Assembly (NCBI GenBank): GCA_045598925.1
Contig: JAZRVC010000027.1
Span: 847 to 64,846 of the forward strand
Direction of reading: 5' to 3'
From: Alphaproteobacteria bacterium
Lineage (GTDB): Bacteria; Pseudomonadota; Alphaproteobacteria; CAAHEQ01; UBA3637
DNA: 64,000 nt
Position 1 is the first letter of the stretch; every line of letters begins with the position of its first letter. The notes beneath the pieces were generated by a model. That model made no database searches. It worked only from the letters and a program-made list of their open reading frames with translations, and was not told where the DNA came from. The position numbers and the translations under genes were made by a program. Of the stretch, positions 18,725-28,450 are shown piece by piece.

Positions 18725-19975
18725 ATGAATTTAGGGAGACTCTTTTTTGGCTTTGTTTTAATTGCCACACCAACCGTGGCCCAAATCAATATGGAACAAG
18801 TGTTTCAAAAGGATAATCCCAATATTGTCTTACAAAACGAAGCGCACCGTTTTGACGGTTCTCCTTTGGTGTATTTAGAGGGAACTTCAGATAAAATTCA
18901 ACCCAAAACTTGGGAAGATAAATTAAAAATAAAATTATTCGGTTCTATGGAAATTCCCAAAACAACAGGGCCCGAGTTGGATACAACCCCCACTGTTTCC
19001 ATTACACCAAATCAAAATACCGTTCAAATAAAACCCGCTTTCGGCCCAACAAAACAGGTGGCTTTTATCCCCCACACACCCGATTGGCATTTTGTCATTA
19101 CCGCCACCGATACCAACGCTTTTAATATCCACGAAGAACTCACTTTTATTTTAAAAGAGGATACAGAGGAAATTGAAAGAGATTGGCCGATTGAATCAAA
19201 GAATTTTCAACTGACTCAATTACGATTAGATGGGCAAGTTCCCCCCTATCAATTACGAACAGATGAAACAGTTTCTATTGTTTTTTCTGATTTAAAAACA
19301 GGGGTACATAAAATACAACTGGACTATTTAATCATTCCCCCGAATCAAGAATTGATTTTACCCTTTATCGGCAGTAAGTGGCCCTTTATTGCGGATACTT
19401 TTTCGGGCGTGATTTTTCAAAACCAAAACAGTTTAGATCTACAAAACTTTTTAATCGGCACAAACAATCAATCTTTTCCTGAAAATTTTGATGTTTCTAA
19501 AGACAAAAAGGGAAATATTTTCTTTAAAATGAATAAAATTTTACCCCCAAAAACCCAGATTCAATTACAGTTAAAATCCGACCAACCTATTGTTGAAACG
19601 GTCCTGAAAAAATCATTTACGGGGGCTTTTGTGGCAATACTGATGGTTTTGTTATTTGTCTATGTGTTGGCTTCAGCCTTGGAAATCAAATATATGAGTT
19701 TGGAAAAGAAACTGAAAAAATTTGCCCATATCCCCTGCAATTCTTTCGTCGCCTTTTTAAGCAGAAACAAAGAAATCCTGATCGGTTGTCTTTTGTTGAT
19801 TCTGTTGAGTTTTCTGTTTTCTATGCTCTATCAAATACAGGTGCCGTTCTATTTTATTCCCTGTTTTATTGTATTTGCCATCTTGATTATTTTTGGGGCA
19901 GATAGGGTCTTAATTTACCCCAACCAACAAGAAATTATTAAAATCCGCCAACTTCAACAAGAAAGGAACCTATGA
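18725..19975 (+). CDS. Hypothetical envelope protein with a signal peptide and C-terminal TM helices
   Basis: 416 aa. A signal peptide (MNLGRLFFGFVLIATPTVAQ) and about 3 C-terminal TM segments are present. It is translationally coupled to the next ORF. Confidence 0.5.
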   Translation: MNLGRLFFGFVLIATPTVAQINMEQVFQKDNPNIVLQNEAHRFDGSPLVYLEGTSDKIQPKTWEDKLKIKLFGSMEIPKTTGPELDTTPTVSITPNQNTVQIKPAFGPTKQVAFIPHTPDWHFVITATDTNAFNIHEELTFILKEDTEEIERDWPIESKNFQLTQLRLDGQVPPYQLRTDETVSIVFSDLKTGVHKIQLDYLIIPPNQELILPFIGSKWPFIADTFSGVIFQNQNSLDLQNFLIGTNNQSFPENFDVSKDKKGNIFFKMNKILPPKTQIQLQLKSDQPIVETVLKKSFTGAFVAILMVLLFVYVLASALEIKYMSLEKKLKKFAHIPCNSFVAFLSRNKEILIGCLLLILLSFLFSMLYQIQVPFYFIPCFIVFAILIIFGADRVLIYPNQQEIIKIRQLQQERNL

Positions 19976-20760
19976 AAAAGATATTTACCTTTTGTTTGGC
20001 TGTGTGTTTGGGGCTATCGGTTTCGGCCCAAGAACTATCCAAAGGTCAACTTTACCGACAAAAACTGGTGCAACAACAGGATGATTTACTGAATCTTCTT
20101 TTACAAACGCCGTTTGAATTGCGTCAATATATTTTCCCTTTGTTAAATGAAAAGGCTTCCGTTCCCAAAAAAATAAAGACACATCCTGAGGTGATTATTT
20201 GGAAGGGAAAAAAACCCACCAGAGTTGCCAAAAAATTCCAAAATGATGCCGAATTATTGGAATACCTACCCGCCCAATATTATTATTACTTGGCCCCAGA
20301 TATGTGGCCAGATGAAATTGTCGGAAATCAAAATTTTGAAGCCAACCCAAATCGGCTGTTTTTAAATTTTGCAAAATCCTCAGTGGATTCGGATGGTTTT
20401 AATGCGGAAGAATTGATTACTTTTAAAAATGCCATCCGTCTATTAAATCAAAGTTTAACCGAAAACCAAAGAAATGTGTTGGAACAAAAAAATCAACCGA
20501 TTTATTTGGAAACACTTATTGTTTTTCCCAGCGCTGAATTAGAAAAGAAATTACAGCCTATCGGTTATACTTCCATGAAAGAATTGGCAAAAAAAATAGA
20601 TAAAGTCGCCTTGATTTATCGTCAAATTAAAAAAGGACATTTTCCAAAAGATCAAGGAAAAGAAGCCGCCTTTGTGAAGGAATATTTTTCTTTAATTCCG
20701 ATATTATTTAAAAATACTTCCTTTGAAGTTCTTTTAAACGAAAAACTCTATGCGGATTGA
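19972..20760 (+). CDS. Hypothetical periplasmic protein
   Basis: 262 aa with a signal peptide (MKKIFTFCLAVCLGLSVSAQ). No recognisable domain. Confidence 0.5.
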   Translation: MKKIFTFCLAVCLGLSVSAQELSKGQLYRQKLVQQQDDLLNLLLQTPFELRQYIFPLLNEKASVPKKIKTHPEVIIWKGKKPTRVAKKFQNDAELLEYLPAQYYYYLAPDMWPDEIVGNQNFEANPNRLFLNFAKSSVDSDGFNAEELITFKNAIRLLNQSLTENQRNVLEQKNQPIYLETLIVFPSAELEKKLQPIGYTSMKELAKKIDKVALIYRQIKKGHFPKDQGKEAAFVKEYFSLIPILFKNTSFEVLLNEKLYAD

Positions 20761-20805
20761 CAAAGTGTCTGTTTTTCGCTATACTTTTAAAAAAGGAGAA
20801 GAATC

Positions 20806-21192
20806 ATGGTTTGGACAGAAGATAAAATTAAAAAATTAAAGAAAATGTGGCAGGCTGAAAAGCCCACCGCCGAAATTGCCAAAATTTTGGGGATGTCAAA
20901 AAATTCAATTATCGGAAAGGTGCATCGCTTAAATTTAAAGACACGCCCTTCACCCATTAAAACGGACACCCGCAAAAAAGTGGCCGCGCCCGTTAAAAAA
21001 GCGGTGGCGGGAAAGGTTCATCTCATTGACCTGAAACTCAATACGTGCCGTTGGCCGATTGGCGACCCTAAGGACGAAGATTTTTGTTTTTGCGGTCAGC
21101 AAACAGTGGCGGGCAAACCTTATTGTATGAAGCATTGTCAGGAAGCCTATTTAAATATGGTTCCTGCGGCGGCAAAATCAGAGAAAAAATAA
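20806..21192 (+). CDS. gcrA: Cell-cycle regulator GcrA
   Basis: MVWTEDKIKKLKKMWQ...IIGKVHRLNL... and C-terminal ...CRWPIGDP...FCFCG...KPYCMKHCQEAY match the GcrA family, which is specific to alphaproteobacteria. Confidence 0.8.
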   Translation: MVWTEDKIKKLKKMWQAEKPTAEIAKILGMSKNSIIGKVHRLNLKTRPSPIKTDTRKKVAAPVKKAVAGKVHLIDLKLNTCRWPIGDPKDEDFCFCGQQTVAGKPYCMKHCQEAYLNMVPAAAKSEKK

Positions 21193-21194
21193 AC

Positions 21195-23735
21195 ATGACT
21201 CAAAGCCCTTCTTGCCTCTGTTTAATTGACGGGTCGGGATATATCTTTCGGGCGTTTTATGCCCTTCCCCCTATGCACAGAAAAGACGGGACACCCACAA
21301 ATGCGGTCTATGGCTTTACGGCCATGATGTTGAATCTTTTACAGGAAAATACCTGTCAAAATCTGGTGGTGGTCTTTGATGCCAAACGCCAAAATTTCAG
21401 AAACGAAATTTATCCCGCCTATAAGACAAACAGAAAAGAAGTGCCGGCAGAACTGATTCCTCAATTTTCTTTAATCCGCCAGGCCTGTGATGCCCTGAAT
21501 GTGCCTTGGGTTGAAAAAGAAGGCTATGAAGCGGATGATCTGATTGCCAGTTATGCCCAAATTGCCAAAAATCAAGGGATGCGGGCGCGTGTCATTTCGG
21601 CCGATAAAGATTTAATGCAACTCATCAATGACAACACCACGATGTATGACCCGATGAAGAAAAAGGAAATCACCCCGCAAGAAGTGATTCAAAAGTTTGG
21701 GGTGCCCCCGACTCAAGTGGTGGAAGTGCAAGCCTTAATGGGGGATAGCACAGACAACATCCCCGGCGCCACGGGTATAGGCCCCAAAACAGCCACCCAA
21801 TTAATTCAACAATTTCAAACAATTGAAAACCTGTATAACAACCTGCCTCAATTAAAAAAAGGGAAACAACTGGACAACCTGATTCAAAGTAAAGAAAATG
21901 TCTTTATTTCCAAAAAATTGGCCAGCCTTTGCCCTGATGTGCCTTTGGATAATGATTTAGAAAAATTCAAAAGACGTCCTTTGGAATCTGATAAAATTAT
22001 TGCTTTTTTACAAGAAAACGAATTTCCAAGTTTAATGAAACGCTTACCTAATCAAGATAAAAATAGGGCTGAAGTGTCTGTGCAACCACTCAAAACCGCC
22101 GAAGAAATCAAGGAAGTTGTTCAACGTTTAGATTCTTTTGCTTTTGTTTTAAACATAAATAAAACGGGAAACATTACAACCCTTCAAATTTCGGATGATC
22201 AAAAGGTCTATTTAATCGGTGAAGAAAAAGAAGAAATTCAAAATGACTTGTTTGCCCCTGCCACAGAAAGTATTTCCAATGAAATCTGGCAAGTATTAAA
22301 AATGCTCTTTGAATCTGACAAAATGAAAATCGGTGTGGATATTAAACAGCAAAAACACCTGTTAGCCCAAAAAGGTATTCAACTTATCCCTCCCTATGAC
22401 GATTGTTTATTGATGAATTATCTGATCAGCGGGAATAAAGAATTAGAAGATATCCCCCAGATTTCTTTGTTTCAAAAATACCAAGAATTAAAAGAGGTTT
22501 TGCGTCAAGAAAACTTAAGTTCTTTATACGAAAAAATGGATTTACCCTTGATTGATTTGTTGTTTCAGATGGAAGAAAACGGCATTTTCATCAATCGTGA
22601 AAAAATAAAAAAATTAAAAGATGAATTTGAGTTAAAAATCAATAATTTAACAAAAGAAATTCATCTGGAAGCAGAAGAAGAATTTAACATCAATTCCACT
22701 CAACAATTGGGCAAAATTTTATTTGAAAAAAGGAATTTATCGGGTGGAAAGAAAGGTCCTTCCGGTCATTGGGTGACAGATGTAAAAGTTTTGGAAAAAT
22801 TAGCCGAAGAAAATGGGGATAAATTGTCCGAATTGATTTTACAATATCGGGGAATCGCCAAACTGCAATCAACCTATATTGACGACCTGTTGGAACGCAG
22901 CCAAATCAGCCCCCGCATTCACACAACCTTTTCTATGGTTGCGACAAACACGGGACGGTTGGCGTCTTCTAACCCCAACTTGCAAAACATCCCTGTTCGG
23001 TCTGAAGAAGGAAAAGCCATCCGCGAAGCCTTTGTGGCCGAACCAGGCAAGGTCTTAGTTTCGGCGGACTATTCGCAAATTGAATTACGGCTGATTGCCC
23101 ATGTGGCAAAGGTCAAAAAATTACAAGAGTCTTTTATTAAAAATGAAGATATTCACGCCCGCACCGCCAGTCAGATTTTAGGGATTCCTTTGGAACAAGT
23201 GTCCCCCGACCAGCGCAGAAGTGCTAAAGCGGTCAATTTCGGTATTATTTATGGTATTTCAGGCTTTGGGCTGGCCCGCAATTTACATATTGACCGCACG
23301 ACCGCCAATAACTATATTCGGGCCTATTTTGAACAATACCCCGAAATCAAAGAATATATGGACAGAACAGAAAAGTTTGTGGATGAACATGGCTATGTGC
23401 TGACACCTTTCGGGCGGAAGATTTTTATAGAAGGCTTAAGCAATTCGGCGACACGGGCTTTTGCCCATCGGGCGGCCATCAATGCCCCGATTCAAGGGGG
23501 AGCCGCCGATATTATGAAATTGGCGATGAATAAAGTGAATCAAGCCCTTAAAGAATCAGGCTTACACGCCCTACCCCTTTTACAGGTGCATGACGAATTG
23601 ATTTTTGAAGTGTCCGAAAATGAAGCCGAAAGTTTGGCGAAGTTAGTCAAAGAGCAAATGGAAAATGTGGTGCAACTTTCTGTTCCCTTGATTGCCGAAA
23701 CAGGTATCGCCACAAACTGGAAAGACGCACATTAA
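21195..23735 (+). CDS. polA: DNA polymerase I
   Basis: The product has a 5' nuclease domain (MTQSPSCLCLIDGSGYIFRAFYALPP...) and polymerase motifs A (DYSQIELR), B (RRSAKAVNFGIIYG) and C (QVHDEL). Start is at the ATG at 21195, after the gcrA stop. The track start 21084 is rejected. Confidence 0.95.
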   Translation: MTQSPSCLCLIDGSGYIFRAFYALPPMHRKDGTPTNAVYGFTAMMLNLLQENTCQNLVVVFDAKRQNFRNEIYPAYKTNRKEVPAELIPQFSLIRQACDALNVPWVEKEGYEADDLIASYAQIAKNQGMRARVISADKDLMQLINDNTTMYDPMKKKEITPQEVIQKFGVPPTQVVEVQALMGDSTDNIPGATGIGPKTATQLIQQFQTIENLYNNLPQLKKGKQLDNLIQSKENVFISKKLASLCPDVPLDNDLEKFKRRPLESDKIIAFLQENEFPSLMKRLPNQDKNRAEVSVQPLKTAEEIKEVVQRLDSFAFVLNINKTGNITTLQISDDQKVYLIGEEKEEIQNDLFAPATESISNEIWQVLKMLFESDKMKIGVDIKQQKHLLAQKGIQLIPPYDDCLLMNYLISGNKELEDIPQISLFQKYQELKEVLRQENLSSLYEKMDLPLIDLLFQMEENGIFINREKIKKLKDEFELKINNLTKEIHLEAEEEFNINSTQQLGKILFEKRNLSGGKKGPSGHWVTDVKVLEKLAEENGDKLSELILQYRGIAKLQSTYIDDLLERSQISPRIHTTFSMVATNTGRLASSNPNLQNIPVRSEEGKAIREAFVAEPGKVLVSADYSQIELRLIAHVAKVKKLQESFIKNEDIHARTASQILGIPLEQVSPDQRRSAKAVNFGIIYGISGFGLARNLHIDRTTANNYIRAYFEQYPEIKEYMDRTEKFVDEHGYVLTPFGRKIFIEGLSNSATRAFAHRAAINAPIQGGAADIMKLAMNKVNQALKESGLHALPLLQVHDELIFEVSENEAESLAKLVKEQMENVVQLSVPLIAETGIATNWKDAH

Positions 23736-23815
23736 AAACGAGTCAGACTTTCGGGTGCTTTCATCGATTGCTACAACAATCAATGGAAGCCACAAGTTTG
23801 TAAAAAGCAAGGGGA

Positions 23816-26038
23816 CTACTCCCTACACACAGCATGGCCATTATAGTTGTTGCGACCTGCGTTACCCTCATAACCATCGTAGGCCACAAGGCGCGCGTAG
23901 CAGGAAGTATCTCTAAGCGGTGTACTCGTCCAAATATAGTTAGCAACTGCTGCACCAAACATTTTTCGTAAAGTGTTGGCCCGCGTTTTATCTGTGGGAA
24001 TTACACCTGTATATGTTTGAACCGCACTATTTACTTCATCCAATGTAACAAGAGATAAATTCTGAGCTTGACACCAATTATTGGCACTATACCAACTCAT
24101 CATTGTGTTACTATAGGTCCAACCCGTAAATGCAGTGGGATTCTCTTCAACTGTAGAAACAACTCCCCCCATATAATCTGATACTTGCTTACATGTCCCT
24201 ATCGTAGAAACATCACAACCATTAATAACAAGGCGTACACCCGTTGTTAGAAGACAGAACTCTCCCGGATTCGGACAATCCACATTTGTGGCACAACCTT
24301 CTGGTTTATAACATTCCCCCAATGTAGTGCCATCTGCAGAACAAGTATATCCTTTGGCACAACAAACCGCCGTATCACCAATACCACATTTTACCTGACC
24401 ATTAGCACATTCACTGCACTTATAATAAGTTGTCGTGGGTGTCGTACAGGTTGTTTCTTTTCCTTCTGCACATTCTGGTATTGATTCAGTTATTGTCCAA
24501 CTATCATCACAGGTATTAGCAACACATTCGTCCCCTTCTAAATGATACCCTGTATTACATTCACTGCACTTATAATAAGTTGTCGTGGGTGTCGTACAGG
24601 TTGTTTCTTTTCCTTCTGCACATTCTGGTATTGATTCAGTTATTGTCCAACTATCATCACAGGTATTAGCGATACATTTTCCCTCATCATTTTCATAATA
24701 TCCAGAGACACAGTCCCCACACTTTTGAGATATAGAAGGTTTTTGTTTTGGTACCCTATGCGCTTCTTCACAAGAATTAAAACATACACGACTATATTTC
24801 GTATTTGTCGTAGTATCACAATAGGCTTTTTCTTTTTCTGTATATGTACAGGCCGGAACCGGCATAGATGGGAAAACAGCACAAATCCCATCTGCACAAA
24901 TCTTTTGACAATCGTTACCACAATCTGAATTTTTTTCACAAGGAACGACACAATCTTGTATTGATTCATCATAATTTTCTATAGCCTGATTACAGAAGCA
25001 AGAAACCTCTCCTTCTTCTGTCATCATCGTTTTAATAAATCCACCTTTTCCAACAGGAGAACCAAGTGCACACATATTAGAAATACATTTACCTTTATCA
25101 TTTTCATAATATCCAGAGAGACAATCCCCACATTTAGAGGATATATGTGCATCTTTTTCCCGATGCAGTGCGTTACAAGAAGTACAAGCATAATTGTGAT
25201 ACTCATTTAACTCTGTATCACAGTAGGCATTTACACGAATAGTATAATCAGATCCCCCCATACCATTACAAGATGGAATGAGACCAAAATTACGTCGTTC
25301 TTCACAAATTCCCTCACTACACTCTTCTTCGCAATCTGGTTTACAATGAAGATTAGTCATACATTGAACACACTGACTTCCATTCCAATAAGGGGTATCA
25401 CCTGAACACAGGATACAACGTCCCTCTATATCATGATATTCTCCCACACAATCTCCGCATTCGCCATTCGTTCCGTCTTGACGATTTAAAGAGGCGCAAC
25501 TGACACAGCCAGTTTGGGTGTCGTTTAAGGCGGTACCGTCTTCACAAACACAACTTAAATTTTCCCAAGTACTGCCGATATTTTTAAAGCCTTCCTGACA
25601 AGCAAAACTTTCATTAGAGCAATCCGCATGATTTGGACACGCATAGCATTTATCTGTGCCACCAGGGGCAAAAGTACCTTCATCACACGCCACACATTCG
25701 GCCTTGCCCGCCACAGAGTGTGTTCCGGGGCCACACAAGGTACATTCATTTTGGCCATCGCTATAATAGCCCGTGGGACAAGGCTCACAGTTGCCGTCTT
25801 TGGCCACATATCCCAAATCACACAAGCACACACCGAACTCTTTATAGACGTTATCGCCCACGCAGGCACCCTCTTTTAATCTTAACTTCGGGCAATTCCC
25901 AACCCCGCATAATTCCACCGCAATAGACTTCACCCCATTGGGATTTGTGGCTTTTGTTTTACCGCCAAAAAGACCACCGCCCGCCAACACAACCGTGGAT
26001 ACCAAAACCGTACTAAACAATAAAACAACATTTTTCAT
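23816..26038 (-). CDS. Large secreted cysteine-rich protein (GCC2/GCC3- and EGF-like repeats) with a C-type-lectin-like C-terminal domain
   Basis: 740 aa. A Sec signal peptide is followed by CxxCPxGxY...CxxC repeats along most of the length. The C-terminus ...MMSWYSANNWCQAQNLSLVTLDEVN...SCYARLVAYDG...GHAVCRE fits a C-type lectin domain (CTLD). There is an RBS (GAGGAT). It is a paralogue of 32933..34387 and of the partial gene at 1..1105. Confidence 0.7.
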   Translation of the reverse strand: MKNVVLLFSTVLVSTVVLAGGGLFGGKTKATNPNGVKSIAVELCGVGNCPKLRLKEGACVGDNVYKEFGVCLCDLGYVAKDGNCEPCPTGYYSDGQNECTLCGPGTHSVAGKAECVACDEGTFAPGGTDKCYACPNHADCSNESFACQEGFKNIGSTWENLSCVCEDGTALNDTQTGCVSCASLNRQDGTNGECGDCVGEYHDIEGRCILCSGDTPYWNGSQCVQCMTNLHCKPDCEEECSEGICEERRNFGLIPSCNGMGGSDYTIRVNAYCDTELNEYHNYACTSCNALHREKDAHISSKCGDCLSGYYENDKGKCISNMCALGSPVGKGGFIKTMMTEEGEVSCFCNQAIENYDESIQDCVVPCEKNSDCGNDCQKICADGICAVFPSMPVPACTYTEKEKAYCDTTTNTKYSRVCFNSCEEAHRVPKQKPSISQKCGDCVSGYYENDEGKCIANTCDDSWTITESIPECAEGKETTCTTPTTTYYKCSECNTGYHLEGDECVANTCDDSWTITESIPECAEGKETTCTTPTTTYYKCSECANGQVKCGIGDTAVCCAKGYTCSADGTTLGECYKPEGCATNVDCPNPGEFCLLTTGVRLVINGCDVSTIGTCKQVSDYMGGVVSTVEENPTAFTGWTYSNTMMSWYSANNWCQAQNLSLVTLDEVNSAVQTYTGVIPTDKTRANTLRKMFGAAVANYIWTSTPLRDTSCYARLVAYDGYEGNAGRNNYNGHAVCRE
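24407..24670. repeat. Near-perfect intragenic tandem duplication (150-bp period, about 1.75 copies)
   Basis: About 110 nt at 24411..24520 recur at 24561..24670. The duplication encodes two copies of CANTCDDSWTITESIPECAEGKETTCTTPTTTYYKCSEC in the 23816..26038 protein. Confidence 0.8.
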
Positions 26039-26118
26039 TTTTTTATCCTCACTTTAACAAATACAACAACACCGATATTCCCATGAATATCGGTTGATAA
26101 AATAATCTGACAATACTA

Positions 26119-26152
<34 letters not shown>

Positions 26153-26302
26153 ACTTTTTTCACACGAATTGCAAGCCTTTTTAACACATTTTTTCATATT
26201 TTTTATCCTTTTTTTACACTTTACCCACCCTTAAAAAAATAGTCAAGAAAAAAGTGGTATTTTTTATTAAAATCTGATACTGGTAAATTAAAAGGAGTTA
26301 AA

Positions 26303-26836
26303 ATGGCACATCAACTGATTACAATTTCCGGAGAATTAGGCAGTGGAAAATCAACCGTAGCAACTATGTTGGCCGAAAAATTGGGCTATGCGTATTATTC
26401 CACAGGGATGGCGCAACGTCATATTGCCGATTTAAAAGGTCTTTCCACCTTACAATTGAACGAACTTTCACAAACCGACCCTTCCATTGATAAAGAAATT
26501 GATGGCATTTACAAAAAAAAGCCTTGGGGAAAAAAGCCTTGTGTGGTGGATAGTCGGCTGGCTTTTCATTTTCTGCCCGATTCATTTAAAATCAAATTAA
26601 AAGTCAATTTAAAGGTCGCAGCCAAACGGGTCTTTGATGAAAAAAGACCTCATGAAAAATATCAGACCTTAAAACAAGCGCAAGAGTTTTTACAAAAGCG
26701 CGCCGAACTGGAAAAAGAAAGATTTATTACGACTTATCAAATAGATATTTCAGACGATTCTTTATTTGATTTAGTGATAGATACCAGCGCGCTGTCCCCC
26801 GAAGAGGTCTGTCAAAAAATCATTCAAGCACTTTAA
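26303..26836 (+). CDS. Cytidylate-kinase-family (short archaeal-type, family 2) P-loop kinase
   Basis: MAHQLITISGELGSGKSTVATMLAEKLGYAYYSTG... 177 aa. RBS AAAGGAG. Confidence 0.6.
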   Translation: MAHQLITISGELGSGKSTVATMLAEKLGYAYYSTGMAQRHIADLKGLSTLQLNELSQTDPSIDKEIDGIYKKKPWGKKPCVVDSRLAFHFLPDSFKIKLKVNLKVAAKRVFDEKRPHEKYQTLKQAQEFLQKRAELEKERFITTYQIDISDDSLFDLVIDTSALSPEEVCQKIIQAL

Positions 26837-26837
26837 C

Positions 26838-27578
26838 TTATTCCCGCGTATTTTGTTTTTTCTTGGCTATTTGGGCCTTGGCCAAATCGTGCATCATGTG
26901 GTGCAGACTGACAACCCGAACAGATTCCGCTTCCCGTTGCCGATCAAAATCATATAACAGCGCACGAAAATTTTTAAGCATACTCTGATTTTGGGGAATC
27001 TTGGACAATTGTTTTAAAAAGGATTTCAAACGATTCGGACTTTGCATAATCGCCAACAACATCCCCTTTTCCGAAGCGTCAATCACTTGAAACAGATTCG
27101 CCAACAAAGACGAGGTCTTTCCTTCAATCGGAGTCCCCGCCTCACCAATCCATTTCAACAGTTTTAAAAACTCTTGTCGTTCTTGGGATTTTTCATATTT
27201 CACCGATTTAAGCATTTGTTGGCGCACAACCGAACTTAACCATACGGGCGTGATGGAACGCGGGGCATCAAAGGAAAATTTAATCCCCGTGCGCGACAAC
27301 AAATCTACCACTTTTTTTTGATCCGAGGGCAACATCTTTAAAAAAGCCTGTTTTAACTCGGAAGAACGAGGTTGGGTATCCAATAAAGACAGCGCATAGG
27401 GAATCAATTCAGGTTGTTTTCCAACACACAAAGGGCATTTTTGGACCTTTTGCGCAACAGACACCCCCAAAAATTTTTCATACTTGACACAATAATAGGG
27501 CATCATATTCGGCAAAAACGACCGAAGTGCCAAAAAAGGGCAATTGATAGAACACTGATTTTTTTCTTCTTTTTGCAT
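26838..27578 (-). CDS. Hypothetical protein with an N-terminal Cys4 motif
   Basis: 246 aa. The N-terminus has CSINCP...CVKY...CPLC. No family assigned. Confidence 0.45.
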   Translation of the reverse strand: MQKEEKNQCSINCPFLALRSFLPNMMPYYCVKYEKFLGVSVAQKVQKCPLCVGKQPELIPYALSLLDTQPRSSELKQAFLKMLPSDQKKVVDLLSRTGIKFSFDAPRSITPVWLSSVVRQQMLKSVKYEKSQERQEFLKLLKWIGEAGTPIEGKTSSLLANLFQVIDASEKGMLLAIMQSPNRLKSFLKQLSKIPQNQSMLKNFRALLYDFDRQREAESVRVVSLHHMMHDLAKAQIAKKKQNTRE

Positions 27579-27712
27579 ATTTATACTGTGCCACAGGAAA
27601 AAATAAATTGCAAGATTTAATTTTTTTTCAAAAAAATGAAAATTTTTGTTGCTTTTTCAAAAAAATACGCTTATAACACAGATTGTAGGGGTATCTTAAA
27701 CAAGGAGAAAAA

Positions 27713-28375
27713 ATGAAAAAATCAGTTGCACTTTTATTGGGTTGTGTCTTTTTAAGCGCCTGTGTCGCGCATGAGACAAACCTGCAAACCCGTCAAGAAG
27801 AACGTGACGCCGCTCTTTATCAAAAAAGAGCCCAAGAAGGTTGTAATTTTGTCAAAGATCAAGCCGCTTATCGTGAATGTTTGTTGAATACTTATTATTC
27901 CAAACATCCGACAACTTATGAAACAGCGGAATTGATCAACGGTAAATCTATCGCTATTGTCAAAGCCGGTTCAAGTTTTGAAGACAGCGTGGTAACACAA
28001 GTGGCACCGCTTCCTTCTTCTCAACCGGAAATCTATTCTTATAAACAAACAGAAACAACAACAATGGATACAGGGTATGTCCAACAACGTCCTGCACAAA
28101 GTTTTGTGATGGCTCAAGAAGAAGTCTATACAAAACAAGAAGTGGAACAACCAACCGTCTCCTATGAACGTGTTATCCCTGTTTCCGCGCCCGTGGTGGA
28201 AGTCAAAAATAAGACCATCACCCCCGTGGCCGTTGTCCCCGCTCCTGTCGTTCAACAACCGACTCAGGAACCGACATGGTGGGAAGCCTATCAATCCGGA
28301 AAACCAGCCTCGCAAGAACCAACTTGCCCCTGTGCTGATCCGAATGATCCATGCCCACAATGTTATGAAAAATAA
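27713..28375 (+). CDS. Lipoprotein with a Val/Pro-rich repeat region and a C-terminal Cys cluster
   Basis: Lipobox LSAC, RBS AAGGAG. The sequence includes ...PVSAPVVEVKNKTITPVAVVPAPVVQQP... and ends ...CPCADPNDPCPQCYEK. Confidence 0.55.
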   Translation: MKKSVALLLGCVFLSACVAHETNLQTRQEERDAALYQKRAQEGCNFVKDQAAYRECLLNTYYSKHPTTYETAELINGKSIAIVKAGSSFEDSVVTQVAPLPSSQPEIYSYKQTETTTMDTGYVQQRPAQSFVMAQEEVYTKQEVEQPTVSYERVIPVSAPVVEVKNKTITPVAVVPAPVVQQPTQEPTWWEAYQSGKPASQEPTCPCADPNDPCPQCYEK

Positions 28376-28450
28376 GGAGACAAATATGGATAAAAAAATT
28401 TAACCTAGAAAAAAACTAATAATAAACAAAAAAGAGAAAGGAAAAATAAA

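Noticed and set aside
21084-21194. Track start of polA at 21084 overlapping gcrA
   Set aside because: The polA 5'-nuclease domain begins at MTQSP... (21195), immediately after the gcrA stop. The upstream extension is the out-of-frame gcrA 3' end.
25555-25926. Overlapping track ORFs (25555..25869 -, 25628..25879 +, 25633..25926 +) and their near-identical twins at 33904..34275
   Set aside because: All lie within the two paralogous Cys-rich genes. They appear twice only because the underlying genes are duplicated. No independent coding evidence exists.
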